From positions 16,330-80,329 of the forward strand of contig CAIRNS010000002.1 in NCBI GenBank assembly GCA_903880015.1: 64,000 nt of DNA, in the 5' to 3' direction. Below are positions 19,430 to 29,230 of the stretch, one piece after another. The notes beneath the pieces were generated by a model that saw nothing but the letters and a program-made list of their open reading frames with translations, was not told the DNA's origin and searched no databases. The DNA comes from an uncultured Elusimicrobia bacterium. Lineage in GTDB: Bacteria > Elusimicrobiota > Endomicrobiia > Endomicrobiales > CAIRNS01. The position numbers and the translations under genes were made by a program. Every line of letters starts with the position of its first letter. Positions within the stretch are counted from its first letter, which is position 1.

Positions 19430-19544
19430 ATGCGGCTGACCCACAAGCGGGAAGTGCATGTCTGACGGAATTTTGATATCATAAGGACCGCAGTGACAAC
19501 CAGCGGCAGCATATCGCGGCCGCATAAATTTCAGGGTGGGGGAA

Positions 19545-21434
19545 ATGTCTTTAATCAGCATGCGGGGAATACAGGTAACCTTTGACGGGCCTCCCCTTTT
19601 GGATAATCTTTCGTTCGATGTTCAGAAGGGGCAGCGCATCGGCATTCTGGGGCGCAACGGGGCGGGGAAATCCACGCTTTTGCGGCTTATTGCCGGTTCG
19701 ATGAGACCGGATGCAGGCGACATCATTCTTTCCGCCTCGTTAAAAGTTTCTTTTCTTACTCAGGATGTCCCCGACACGCTGACCGGCACTGCCTTTGAGG
19801 TCGTGGCCGCAGGAGCGGGACCGGCCGGTGAAGCACTGTCCGCATATTACCGCGCACTCGGCGCCGGTGATCACGAAGCGCTTCACAGCATTCAAGACGA
19901 TCTCACCGCGCACGATGGGTGGAAGGTCGAGGCAGTGGTTAAGCGGGTTCTTGATCAGGTCCAGGTCGCGCCGGACCTTGCCTTTGCTTCCCTATCAGGC
20001 GGGATGCGGCGCCGCGTTTTTCTTGCCCGGGCACTGGTGCGGGAACCGGATGTTCTGCTGTTAGATGAGCCGACCAACCATTTGGACCTGGAATCCATTG
20101 CGTGGCTCGAAACCTTTCTTCTGTCATCGCGGCTGACGGTATTGTTTGTGACCCATGACCGTCGGCTTCTGAGAAGATTAGCCGACCGCATCGTTGAGAT
20201 AGACCGGGGAAAAATCGTCGACTGGAGCTGTGATTATCCCACCTTCCTTCAACGAAAACAGGCGGTTCTTGACAATGAAGTACGGGCCTGGGAACTCTTT
20301 GACAAAAAACTCGCTCAGGAAGAAATCTGGATCCGCCAGGGGGTAAAGGCGCGGCGAACCCGCGCCGAAGGCCGCGTTACCGCGCTTAAAAAAATGCGTG
20401 AAGAACGACGGAAACGGCGAAACCTGACCGGCCAGGCCGTCATGACCATCAGTACGAGCGCCCGTTCGGGCGACCGTGTCTTGGAAGTGAAGAATATCTC
20501 ATTTGCTTTCGGCCCAACGCCCATTATAAAAAACTTTTCATTTTCGCTGACGCGCGGCGACCGTATCGGCATCATCGGGCCCAACGGCTGCGGTAAAACC
20601 ACTCTGCTCAATCTGTTGTTGGGCACTCTGACGCCGGACAAAGGACACATCGAGCGGGGCACCACCGTACTGCCGCTCTATTTCGACCAGCTCCGCACGG
20701 GGATTGATCCTGAAAAAACCGTCTGGGAAAATGTCGTCCCCACCGGCGGAGACACGGTTTTTATTAACGGGAAACCCCGCCACGCCATCAGTTATCTGCA
20801 GGATTTTTTATTCACTTCGGACCGGGCAAAAACACTCGTTAAAAAACTTTCCGGCGGGGAGCGCCACCGATTACTGCTTGCCCGTTTGTTTACCGTGCCG
20901 TCGAATCTTCTGGTGTTCGACGAACCCACCAATGACCTGGATACCGAAACCCTTGAACTGCTTGAGGAGGTTTTGTTGGATTATCAGGGGACTTTAATCG
21001 TGGTCAGCCACGACCGGGAGTTTTTAAACAATGTAGTTACTTCGGCCTTGATTTTCCGTCCGGGGCACACCGTAAAGGAATTTATCGGCGGCTACGACGA
21101 TTGGCAGCGCCAGCTCACCGCGGCAGACATTAAACCCGCCGCGGCTACAGTCATCAAAAAAACAAAGACCCCTGCACCGGATAATGCAGAGGCCGCACGA
21201 AAATTAACCTTCAAAGAAACCCAAGAACTCAAAACGCTGCCGGCACACATCGAATCGCTTGAAAACGAACAACGGGAGATCCTTCAGCAGTTGACAGATA
21301 TCGAGCGTTGCCGCCAACCCGGCTTTGTCGCTCAATCAAAATCCCGCCTCGCAACTATTACGGCCGAACTCGCCACCACATACGCCCGCTGGGAAGAACT
21401 CGAAGCTCAATTACGCTCTTATCTCCCTACTTAA
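19545..21434 (+). CDS. uup: ABC-F ATPase Uup
   Basis: MSLISMRG...GRNGAGKSTLL, two ABC cassettes, INGKPRH..SYLQDFLF and a C-terminal coiled coil; from memory this is closely collinear with E. coli Uup. I chose the ATG at 19545 over the GTG at 19536. Confidence 0.9.
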   Translation: MSLISMRGIQVTFDGPPLLDNLSFDVQKGQRIGILGRNGAGKSTLLRLIAGSMRPDAGDIILSASLKVSFLTQDVPDTLTGTAFEVVAAGAGPAGEALSAYYRALGAGDHEALHSIQDDLTAHDGWKVEAVVKRVLDQVQVAPDLAFASLSGGMRRRVFLARALVREPDVLLLDEPTNHLDLESIAWLETFLLSSRLTVLFVTHDRRLLRRLADRIVEIDRGKIVDWSCDYPTFLQRKQAVLDNEVRAWELFDKKLAQEEIWIRQGVKARRTRAEGRVTALKKMREERRKRRNLTGQAVMTISTSARSGDRVLEVKNISFAFGPTPIIKNFSFSLTRGDRIGIIGPNGCGKTTLLNLLLGTLTPDKGHIERGTTVLPLYFDQLRTGIDPEKTVWENVVPTGGDTVFINGKPRHAISYLQDFLFTSDRAKTLVKKLSGGERHRLLLARLFTVPSNLLVFDEPTNDLDTETLELLEEVLLDYQGTLIVVSHDREFLNNVVTSALIFRPGHTVKEFIGGYDDWQRQLTAADIKPAAATVIKKTKTPAPDNAEAARKLTFKETQELKTLPAHIESLENEQREILQQLTDIERCRQPGFVAQSKSRLATITAELATTYARWEELEAQLRSYLPT

Positions 21435-21474
21435 AACATATCTCCTGAACGCTACAATCCATTGTGTCGCGATA

Positions 21475-23895
21475 TTACTTTCCTATCAGGCGGGCGGCGG
21501 CGCGGGCGGCAGTGACGGCGTCGGGGGCGTAGCCGTCGGCGCCTATTTCTTCGGCATATGTTGCGGTAACGGGTGCGCCGCCGATAAGAATCTTTACGGT
21601 TACCCCTGCGGCGGCGCGGGCAAGGACGACGGCTTCCATTTCAGGCATGGTGGTAGTCATCAGCGCCGATAGACCAATTACATCCGCTTTTTCCTCTCCG
21701 GCTCTTACTACGATCTGGGCGGCGTCAATGTTTTTCCCCAGGTCAACGACATCCCATCCGTGGCTTTCCAGAACCGCTCCGACAATGTTTTTTCCGATAT
21801 CGTGCACATCGCCTTTGACCGTCGCCAAAACTATTTTCCCGGCTACCCATCCGCTCTGTTTTTTGAGCAGCGGCCGCAATACAGCAAATGCCGCCTGCGC
21901 GGTTTCCGCCGAGCGCATCACCTGCGGCAGAAAAAACTCTTTAGCCGCGAATTTTTTGCCCACCTCGCTCAGCGCCGGCAGGATTAACTGATTTGAAATG
22001 GTCAGCGGTTCCCAGTTGGCGTCGATAAGAAGGCCTACCAGCCCGGCTATTTCTTCGCGCGTGCCTTCGATAACGGCAGCGCTCACCTGACGATCAAGCG
22101 ATAATTTTTCAACAGCTACGGGCGCAGCGCGAACGACGGTTCCGTGTTTGGCGATATAGCGTTCACCGTTGGGATCTTTGCCCAACAGCAGCTTGCGGGC
22201 GAACAAATCATCGATGGACCAATCCTCCCGCGGATTCATTATGCCCATATCGAGCCCGGCTTCCCGGGCCATTTTGAGAAAGGTTGAGTTGAGCGCCTGC
22301 CGGTTGGGAAGGCCAAAAGAAACATTGGAAATTCCTAACACGGTTTTAGCGCGGGGCCAGCGCTGTTTTGACGCGCGGATCGCCGCCAGTGTCTCTTCGG
22401 TCTGACCGGGCATCGCGCTGACGGCCAGCGTAAGAAAATCGAAAATAATTTCAGATTCTGCAATGCCGTAACTATGTGCTTTTGCCATAATCCGTTCAGC
22501 AATTGCCAGGCGCTCCTGCGTTGTTGCAGGGATACCTTTCTCGTCGGTAGTCAGCGCAATAATCATGGCGCCATACCGTTTAGCCATCGGCAACAGAGTG
22601 TCCATCCGTTGTTCTTCGCCATTAACGGAATTGATAATCGGTTTTCCCGCGCACTGGCGGATGCCCGCCTCAAGAACTGCGGAAGAACTTGAATCAAGGC
22701 ACACCGGCGCCGCGACAACTTCCTGCACTTCTTCCACCGCTTTGATCATCAACGCTTTTTCATCGGCACCGGGCAACCCAAGATTAAGGTCGATAACCTG
22801 CGCACCGGCTTTTTCCTGAGCGACCGCTTCCCGGCGGACCGTCGCAAAATTGTTGGCGCCGAGTTCTTCCTGAAATTTTTTCCGGTTGGTGGGGTTAATG
22901 CGTTCGCCGATCATAATGAATTCCGTGGCGTGCGCAACATCGAACGCTTTCGTCCGGGAACTAAGCCATGTTCTGTGCGCGGCAGGACCGGCTCCCGTAG
23001 TGCGCGGCATCGGCTTTTTTCCTTTGAGTGCGCCGGCCAGCGCTTTGATAAATGCCGGCGTGGTCCCGCAACAACCGCCAAGCAGGGATATCCCTTGCTG
23101 ATAGGCCATCTCGCCCGCGGCAACAAACTCTTCAACGGTGCCGGGGAATACAGTACGGCGATTAATGAGCTGCGGCATGCCAGCGTTTGGTTTAAATGAA
23201 ATAGGCAGTGAAGTGTTCTCTGCCAAAAGTTTCGCCAAACGCCCCAACTCCTCGGGGCCTACGGAACAGTTCATGCCGACGATGTCAGCACCGAGGGCTT
23301 CAACAACTGACAGAAAGGAAAGCACATCCGTGCCGGTCACCGTCGTGCCGTCGGCGGTAAAGGTCATCTGAACAGCCACCGGGCCCGCAAAATGATCTTT
23401 CGCCGCCAGAAGCGCCGCTTTTACTTCGCGGATTTCCGCCATCGTTTCGATAAAAATAATATCAACGCCGGCGGCGGACAGCGCGCGCACCTGCTCAGAA
23501 AAAACAGCGTACGCTTCGTCAAACGAAACAGCGCCCAGCGGCGTCAGATACGCGCCTAGCGGCCCGATATCGCCACCGACCAATGCATTGTATTTTTGAG
23601 CAACTGCCCGGGTAATACTAACGCCCGCCGCGTTAAGTTCAGCCACCTGATGTTCAAGCCCGTACGACGCAAGTTTATGACGGTTAGCGCCAAAGGTATT
23701 GGCAATGACAATATCGCTGCCGGCTTTGAGATAATCTTCTTGAATTTCCTGTATCCGTTCGGGATACTTGATATTGAGTTCTTCCGGCGCCTCAACGCCC
23801 TGCAGATATCCGCGATTATGCAGTTCCGTCCCCATCGCCCCGTCGAGAATCAGAACCCGTTCCTGTAATAATTGTTTAAATGCCGTTGTATCCAT
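21475..23895 (-). CDS. metH: Cobalamin-dependent methionine synthase lacking the AdoMet reactivation domain (Hcy-binding, pterin-binding, B12 cap and B12-binding domains)
   Basis: 806-aa ORF with an Hcy S-methyltransferase domain ending GGCCGTTP, a pterin-binding domain (IGERINP), and the B12 motif GDVHDIGKN. Confidence 0.9.
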   Translation of the reverse strand: MDTTAFKQLLQERVLILDGAMGTELHNRGYLQGVEAPEELNIKYPERIQEIQEDYLKAGSDIVIANTFGANRHKLASYGLEHQVAELNAAGVSITRAVAQKYNALVGGDIGPLGAYLTPLGAVSFDEAYAVFSEQVRALSAAGVDIIFIETMAEIREVKAALLAAKDHFAGPVAVQMTFTADGTTVTGTDVLSFLSVVEALGADIVGMNCSVGPEELGRLAKLLAENTSLPISFKPNAGMPQLINRRTVFPGTVEEFVAAGEMAYQQGISLLGGCCGTTPAFIKALAGALKGKKPMPRTTGAGPAAHRTWLSSRTKAFDVAHATEFIMIGERINPTNRKKFQEELGANNFATVRREAVAQEKAGAQVIDLNLGLPGADEKALMIKAVEEVQEVVAAPVCLDSSSSAVLEAGIRQCAGKPIINSVNGEEQRMDTLLPMAKRYGAMIIALTTDEKGIPATTQERLAIAERIMAKAHSYGIAESEIIFDFLTLAVSAMPGQTEETLAAIRASKQRWPRAKTVLGISNVSFGLPNRQALNSTFLKMAREAGLDMGIMNPREDWSIDDLFARKLLLGKDPNGERYIAKHGTVVRAAPVAVEKLSLDRQVSAAVIEGTREEIAGLVGLLIDANWEPLTISNQLILPALSEVGKKFAAKEFFLPQVMRSAETAQAAFAVLRPLLKKQSGWVAGKIVLATVKGDVHDIGKNIVGAVLESHGWDVVDLGKNIDAAQIVVRAGEEKADVIGLSALMTTTMPEMEAVVLARAAAGVTVKILIGGAPVTATYAEEIGADGYAPDAVTAARAAARLIGK

Positions 23896-23956
23896 TATGG
23901 TATTCCTTATCCGCCTGGTTGAAACATCACCGGATGCATGTATCTGGCAAACAACC

Positions 23957-24154
23957 CGTCAAATCCACCCCGCCCCTCCTTTGCCAAAGGAGGGAGTTAC
24001 ATCCCGGTCAATTGTTAAAATGTGTGACACATCTCGCTGGCACCATTGACGCTATGCTCTTTCCACGCCGGGGAGTTACTTCTCTTCTTTCTTCAAAACT
24101 TTCGCAGTTGATTCTATCCCCCTTTGACAAAGGGGGACACAGGGGGATTTGCCG
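23957..24154. repeat. Family-1 repeat element bounded by inverted ~38-nt modules
   Basis: Left module CGTCAAATCCACCCCGCCCCTCCTTTGCCAAAGGAGGG (23957-23994). Right module CCCCCTTTGACAAAGGGGGACACAGGGGGATTTGCCG (24118-24154) is in reverse orientation. Confidence 0.85.
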
Positions 24155-24764
24155 TTCGTATGCCCAAAATTGCCGATACGGATTTTTCAGGCACCATCTG
24201 GCAATGATCGGTCAGGCGAATGCCGATTTGGTCAGCGGCAAGCCATTTCAAAAAATCCAACTGAGCCGATAATCCCCAATCGCCATAGCCCGGCGAAAAC
24301 CGCGGGGTTGCTACCTGGTTGTCTTTGGCGACTTCCGCGCGGATGCTTTCGTGGGTGAGCTCTGCCAGTTCTTCGGCGGCCACGGAACCGATTGCGTCGA
24401 GTATCAGCGCGCGGAATGTTTCTTTTCGCGCAAGATACTGAGCGCGTTTTTCTTCCACATGCGGGCCGATGGTCACCGCAAATCCGTACGCGACCGTGCA
24501 GTCAGCGAGAAGTCCGGCAATATGCGCGCTGGATATTATCAAGCCGGGCTCAAGTGATATAAGGGATTTTCCCGGGCGATTGATCGGGGCGTGGGCGATG
24601 GCCTGGCGAGGGACAATAAGCTTGCGGGCGATGTCAGTTTCTTCAACTATCGCTGCGGCCGTTGCCGCATCCAACACCGTTTTCCCTTTTGAATATCCCA
24701 ACCGCGCCAGCACTGCGGGCGCGGGTATCTTCAAAAGAACTTCGTGCCGACGGTTGTCGCTCAT
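24114..24764 (-). CDS. Stand-alone methionine synthase reactivation (AdoMet-binding) domain protein
   Basis: 216-aa ORF. RFSPGYGDW and surrounding blocks match the MetH activation domain. The last ~14 codons (RTANPPVSPFVKGG) and the stop lie inside the family-1 repeat. Confidence 0.75.
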   Translation of the reverse strand: MSDNRRHEVLLKIPAPAVLARLGYSKGKTVLDAATAAAIVEETDIARKLIVPRQAIAHAPINRPGKSLISLEPGLIISSAHIAGLLADCTVAYGFAVTIGPHVEEKRAQYLARKETFRALILDAIGSVAAEELAELTHESIRAEVAKDNQVATPRFSPGYGDWGLSAQLDFLKWLAADQIGIRLTDHCQMVPEKSVSAILGIRTANPPVSPFVKGG

Positions 24765-24844
24765 GACGAAAATATATCAAATAATACAGCCCCGCACAAA
24801 TGATTGCAACGATTCCGCATGGAAAAATCACATGGTGCCACGGT

Positions 24845-24873
24845 TTGCCAATTACTTGTTAAAGAGATAAAAT
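24845..24873 (+). promoter_or_regulatory. Possible promoter of the PorV-like/NHL gene pair
   Basis: TTGCCA-N17-TAAAAT, about 40 nt upstream of the start. Confidence 0.35.
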
Positions 24874-24914
24874 AAGGAGTAATTTCTTTTTGCTTCGGCG
24901 CAGAGCGAGGGTTG

Positions 24915-25919
24915 ATGAAACGATGGACGCTGGTGACTGCATTACTGCTGGTGGCTGGCCCCGGATTTAGCGCCGGAACAACAGCTGCAAATTTCCTAAA
25001 AATCGGCGTTGGCGCCAGGAATGTTGCCCTGGGCGAAACCGGTGCGACGGAAAAAGGCGTTGATGCCGCCTATTGGAATCCGGCAGGACTTGCCGTTCTC
25101 CCCTCTCCGGCTGCCGGTTTTATGCATGCCCGCCAGTTTGACGATGTCACTTTCGAACATTTTGCCTTCGCCTACCCCGGCACCTGCGGCACCTGGGGAA
25201 TTTCCGCTGATTATCTGACGATGGACAATATAGAGAAGTATGACAACACGGGCACAAAAATGAATCAGTCCTATCGCCCGTCAGACATGGCTGTATCTTT
25301 GTCCTACGCGCGTATGCTCGGACGGATTCCCTGGGGCGTCAATCTTAAATATATCCGTTCGGCTATTGACGATGCGGCGGCGGATGCGTATGCCGTCGAT
25401 ACCGGACTTCTTTTCGACCGGTATCTGCCCAAAGATTTCAGCGGCGGATTCAGCGTGCAAAACATCGGGACATCCATGAAGTTTATCCAAGAGGCCTATC
25501 CCTTGCCGTTAAACATGCGCATGGGGCTCAGCTGGCGGGCAACCCCGCGCGTGACCATCGTCGCCGACGCCAACAAGGCGTCCGATACGGATATTGCCGG
25601 CAACGGCGGCGTCGAATACCTTTTGCCGGTCGGAAAGAACATTTCAATCGCCCCCCGCGCGGGATACAAAACCTCGGTCAAAGGCATTGACGGCATGGCA
25701 GGGATTACCGCGGGCATCGGTATTGTCGTCAACGCAATTACATTCGATTATGCGCTGGTTTCCTACGGCGATCTTGATAACGCTCAGCGCGTTTCCCTCA
25801 TATACCGGTTTGCACCGACTGTCCGCGTCAAGAAAGTGATTATAAAGAAGAATCCCCCGCATATGCCTGCGGATATCTATGATGATGCCGCGACCGTACG
25901 AAAATATAATGCGCACTAA
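24915..25919 (+). CDS. PorV/PorQ-family-like outer-membrane beta-barrel protein
   Basis: Signal peptide, then TTAANFLKIGVGARNVALGETGAT...AAYWNPAGLA, which is the characteristic PorV/PorQ N-terminal block. Alternating beta-strand pattern. An internal beta-signal-like VSLIYRF is followed by a 32-aa tail. The ATG at 24915 is preferred over the TTG at 24912. Confidence 0.7.
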   Translation: MKRWTLVTALLLVAGPGFSAGTTAANFLKIGVGARNVALGETGATEKGVDAAYWNPAGLAVLPSPAAGFMHARQFDDVTFEHFAFAYPGTCGTWGISADYLTMDNIEKYDNTGTKMNQSYRPSDMAVSLSYARMLGRIPWGVNLKYIRSAIDDAAADAYAVDTGLLFDRYLPKDFSGGFSVQNIGTSMKFIQEAYPLPLNMRMGLSWRATPRVTIVADANKASDTDIAGNGGVEYLLPVGKNISIAPRAGYKTSVKGIDGMAGITAGIGIVVNAITFDYALVSYGDLDNAQRVSLIYRFAPTVRVKKVIIKKNPPHMPADIYDDAATVRKYNAH

Positions 25920-28900
25920 ACGATCGTTTCCTCTATCTTGCAAATCAATAACTCTGGGAACATCCCTCCTCATCGGGCTGTGCGCGGTGGTCCATGCCGG
26001 TATCCTTACCGGAAGCGCCAACGGCGTCCTCGGTGAGCCGGACTATACGCACACCAGTTCCTACGGGGGAACTCAGAATGGCATGTACCATCCTTACTCT
26101 GTCGCGATAGATACAACTAATAACCGGCTCTTTGTGAGCGAATATGACAATAATCGCATCCTCTGGTGGAACAATGCATCTTCGCTGACTGACGGCGTCG
26201 GCAACGGCACGCCGGCGGACGGCGTGCTGGGTCAGGCGAATTTCATCGCCAACACATCCAACCGCGGCAACGGCACAACGCCGAGTCAAAGCTCATTTTA
26301 CAACCCACGCGGCATCGCCACCGACGCGACCGGGAAACTGTGGGTTGCGGATTATTTCAATAATCGTGTCTTATGTTTCGATTTGTCTGTATCAACATTC
26401 AATGCCTGCTATGTTCTGGGCCAGGCAAATTACTCATCTGCGGTCGTCGCCAGAACTCAAACTGCGCTTACCGGACCCTACGGCGTGACGGTAGACCATG
26501 CCGGCAATATCTGGGTGGCGGACGCCATTAATAACCGTGTCCTGCGCTACAATGGTTCTATCATTGCCAGCAGCATGCCCGCTGACATTGTTTTGGGAAC
26601 ATCAACATTTACGGGCTTGGCGGGGTCGGGGGACATGACTGCCAATGCGCTTATCCGCCCCAGCAGCGTCAAGGTCGACGCTGCCGGCAATGTATATGTC
26701 GCCGAATATACCAATAACCGCGTCGTCCAGTTCACGGCGCCCATCAGCAGCGGCATGGCTTCGTCCGTCGTTTTGGGACAGTCAGGATATGGACTGAAAA
26801 CTCTTGCAACAACACAAAGCGGTATGGTAACCCCCTATGATATTTCTCTCGACGGCAGCGGCAATGTGTGGGTTGCCATGTACCAAGTCTCCGGCACTTT
26901 CGGCTCACGGATAGTCCGGTACTCTCTGCCGTTAGCATCCGGCATGAATGCCGATTTTGTCATCGGGCAATCGGGCTTTACCAATGCGGGCTATAACCGT
27001 ACCGCCGGTTCAGCGGGGGCGGCGGTAGCCAACGGATTGGCAAGACCGAACGGGATGGCGTTCGATCAATCAGGACGAATGTGGATTGCCGATAACAACA
27101 ATAATCGCGTTCTCCGCTACGATCTTTCCACTTCGACACACACAGCCGGACTGGTCCTGGGACAAAATGACTTTACGCATAAACAGGAAAACCAGATAGA
27201 CGGCAAAACTCTTTACAACCCTTATTCTGTTGCCGTCGATACGACTACTAACAGAGTGTTTGCCGCTGATTTAGGCGGCTGCCGGGTGCTCTGGTGGAAC
27301 AATCAAGACTCGTTCACGAATGGCGCCGCCGCTGACGGGGTGTTGGGACAAAACAGTTTCACCGATTATTCCGCTAACCGCGGACTTACCGTTTCCTCAG
27401 ACACATTGAACGCCTCCGCCAGGGTAATGATTGATCCTGCGGGCGATATCTGGGTGGCCGATAGCAGCAACAACCGGGTGCTCAGATATCACGGTGCATC
27501 GCTGACCAGCGGCATGCCGGCCGACCTCGTCTTGGGCCAACTAAACTTCGTGTCGAACTCTGCTGGAACAGCAACCAGCACCAGCCTTTCAGGCCCCTCC
27601 AGCGTCCGGTGTGACCGGGAAGGAACCATCTGGGTGGTGGATTCAGGATACCACCGCGTGCTCAAATACAAAAAATATTCTGATATGGCGAATACTGAGC
27701 CGGCGGTTCATGTGCTGGGCCAGTCCGTCATGACTGCCGGACTAAAGAATCGCGACAACAGTTTAACGGCAAACCAAAACAGTTTCTACCAGCCGACAGA
27801 TATAGGTTTTGACATCAATAATGCCCCATGGATAGTCGATGGCAACAATAATCGGGTACTGTTATTTTCCAGCGGCACGATTACCGACGGCATGAACGCG
27901 GCGTATGTAGTCGGGCAAACAGATTTTATCGGCCATGCCGCATCGACCGCGACCCTGCAAGGACTGAACCTACCCTACGGCATTACGTTTGACCGCGATG
28001 AACGGGCATGGATTTCAGACGGCGGCAATGCGCGCATCATGTGTTACGGGCCGGTCACGGCGAATGCGCCAAGCGCGGCGGTAACGCTCGGCCAGTCAGG
28101 ATTGGATCAATATTCCCTGAAAAATCCGCGAGGAATACTATCTGATCCGCAGGGTTCTCTGTGGGTCGCCGACGGGGATAATAATCGATTGTTAAAATTC
28201 AACGGACTGTCGATTGCCGGCGTCTCGCCCACCCAGGGCTCCGTCAGCAGCGGTGCAATGACTGCCGTCCTCACCGGCACGGATTTCAGCCCATCGGTAC
28301 AAGTCCGCCTTGAGCGCGCCGGACAGACCGCTATTGTCTCTTCCAGCGTGACCGTAACCGGCGAAACGGGATTGTCCGCAACATTTTCTCTCACGGGCGC
28401 TACCACCGGATACTGGGATGTTGTGACATCGACGCGGGGTTTTTCCGCGCGGAGCTCCAACGCGATACTGCTGGTTTCCAGCGCAGCCGCACAATCCGAT
28501 TTAAACAATGTTGTCGAAAATATACTGACATTCACCGTCGGAACCGTCCAGATCACCCTTGATATCCCCGGCGGGACATTCAACGATGCATTTACCATTG
28601 CCTGCATTGCCGGAACGCAGTCGGCGGGACTAAACCAATCCGGCTTTTTTGCAACCCCTATCGCTCTCGAAATCACCAATTCAAAAGGACTCCAGCCGCT
28701 GAGCGCCATGACCATCACCGTCGCCTACGCCGATGCCGATGTCGCCGGCATGGATGAATCAAAACTGACCATTTGCTATTATGACACGGCGCGGGCGCGC
28801 TGGATACAGGTTCCCTCAATACCGGACCCGCTCAACAATAAGATTACCGGAACGATTAATCATTTATCTTCGTTTAGGGTCTTCGCGCGGGTACCCTTGT

Positions 28901-29208
28901 TGACGCTCGCTGACGCCGTTGCGTATCCCAATCCCTACAAACCCGGTTCAGGAACTTCCTACGACGATTCCGTTATGGGAAAAGGCATTGTGTTCGGCAA
29001 TATCACGGAGAACGCGCGGATACGCATATTCACCATTTCCGGCGAGCTGGTAAAAGATATTTCCGTTACCGGAAGCAACGGGACATGCGTGTGGGACGCC
29101 ACCAACGACAACGGCGATAAAGTCGCTTCGGGCGTTTTTCAGTATTTCATCACCAACCCCGACAACAGTTCTCAAAAAGCCAAAGGGAAGATAGCGGTCA
29201 TCCGCTGA
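25909..29208 (+). CDS. Secreted NHL-repeat beta-propeller protein with Ig-like domains and a T9SS-type/FlgD-Ig-like C-terminal domain
   Basis: More than 12 repeats of the NNRV(L/I)(R/W)(Y/W) type, and an IPT-like segment (SPTQGSVSSG...). The C-terminus is VAYPNPYKPG...ARIRIFTISGELVKDI...CVWDATNDNGDKVASGVFQYFI...KGKIAVIR. The start is uncertain: 25879 or 25909 in the same frame. Either choice overlaps the PorV-like gene. Confidence 0.75.
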   Translation: MRTKRSFPLSCKSITLGTSLLIGLCAVVHAGILTGSANGVLGEPDYTHTSSYGGTQNGMYHPYSVAIDTTNNRLFVSEYDNNRILWWNNASSLTDGVGNGTPADGVLGQANFIANTSNRGNGTTPSQSSFYNPRGIATDATGKLWVADYFNNRVLCFDLSVSTFNACYVLGQANYSSAVVARTQTALTGPYGVTVDHAGNIWVADAINNRVLRYNGSIIASSMPADIVLGTSTFTGLAGSGDMTANALIRPSSVKVDAAGNVYVAEYTNNRVVQFTAPISSGMASSVVLGQSGYGLKTLATTQSGMVTPYDISLDGSGNVWVAMYQVSGTFGSRIVRYSLPLASGMNADFVIGQSGFTNAGYNRTAGSAGAAVANGLARPNGMAFDQSGRMWIADNNNNRVLRYDLSTSTHTAGLVLGQNDFTHKQENQIDGKTLYNPYSVAVDTTTNRVFAADLGGCRVLWWNNQDSFTNGAAADGVLGQNSFTDYSANRGLTVSSDTLNASARVMIDPAGDIWVADSSNNRVLRYHGASLTSGMPADLVLGQLNFVSNSAGTATSTSLSGPSSVRCDREGTIWVVDSGYHRVLKYKKYSDMANTEPAVHVLGQSVMTAGLKNRDNSLTANQNSFYQPTDIGFDINNAPWIVDGNNNRVLLFSSGTITDGMNAAYVVGQTDFIGHAASTATLQGLNLPYGITFDRDERAWISDGGNARIMCYGPVTANAPSAAVTLGQSGLDQYSLKNPRGILSDPQGSLWVADGDNNRLLKFNGLSIAGVSPTQGSVSSGAMTAVLTGTDFSPSVQVRLERAGQTAIVSSSVTVTGETGLSATFSLTGATTGYWDVVTSTRGFSARSSNAILLVSSAAAQSDLNNVVENILTFTVGTVQITLDIPGGTFNDAFTIACIAGTQSAGLNQSGFFATPIALEITNSKGLQPLSAMTITVAYADADVAGMDESKLTICYYDTARARWIQVPSIPDPLNNKITGTINHLSSFRVFARVPLLTLADAVAYPNPYKPGSGTSYDDSVMGKGIVFGNITENARIRIFTISGELVKDISVTGSNGTCVWDATNDNGDKVASGVFQYFITNPDNSSQKAKGKIAVIR

Positions 29209-29230
29209 TTATTTTCCGAAAAGGAATACT

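Noticed and set aside
19424-19525. 33-codon minus-strand ORF (MRPRYAAAGCHCGPYDIKIPSDMHFPLVGQPHL) upstream of the radical SAM gene, considered as a RiPP precursor.
   Set aside because: It has no Shine-Dalgarno. It ends inside the -35 box of the predicted radical SAM promoter, so it would not be co-transcribed from that promoter. There is nothing to compare it with. It would be worth revisiting only if it proves conserved in relatives.
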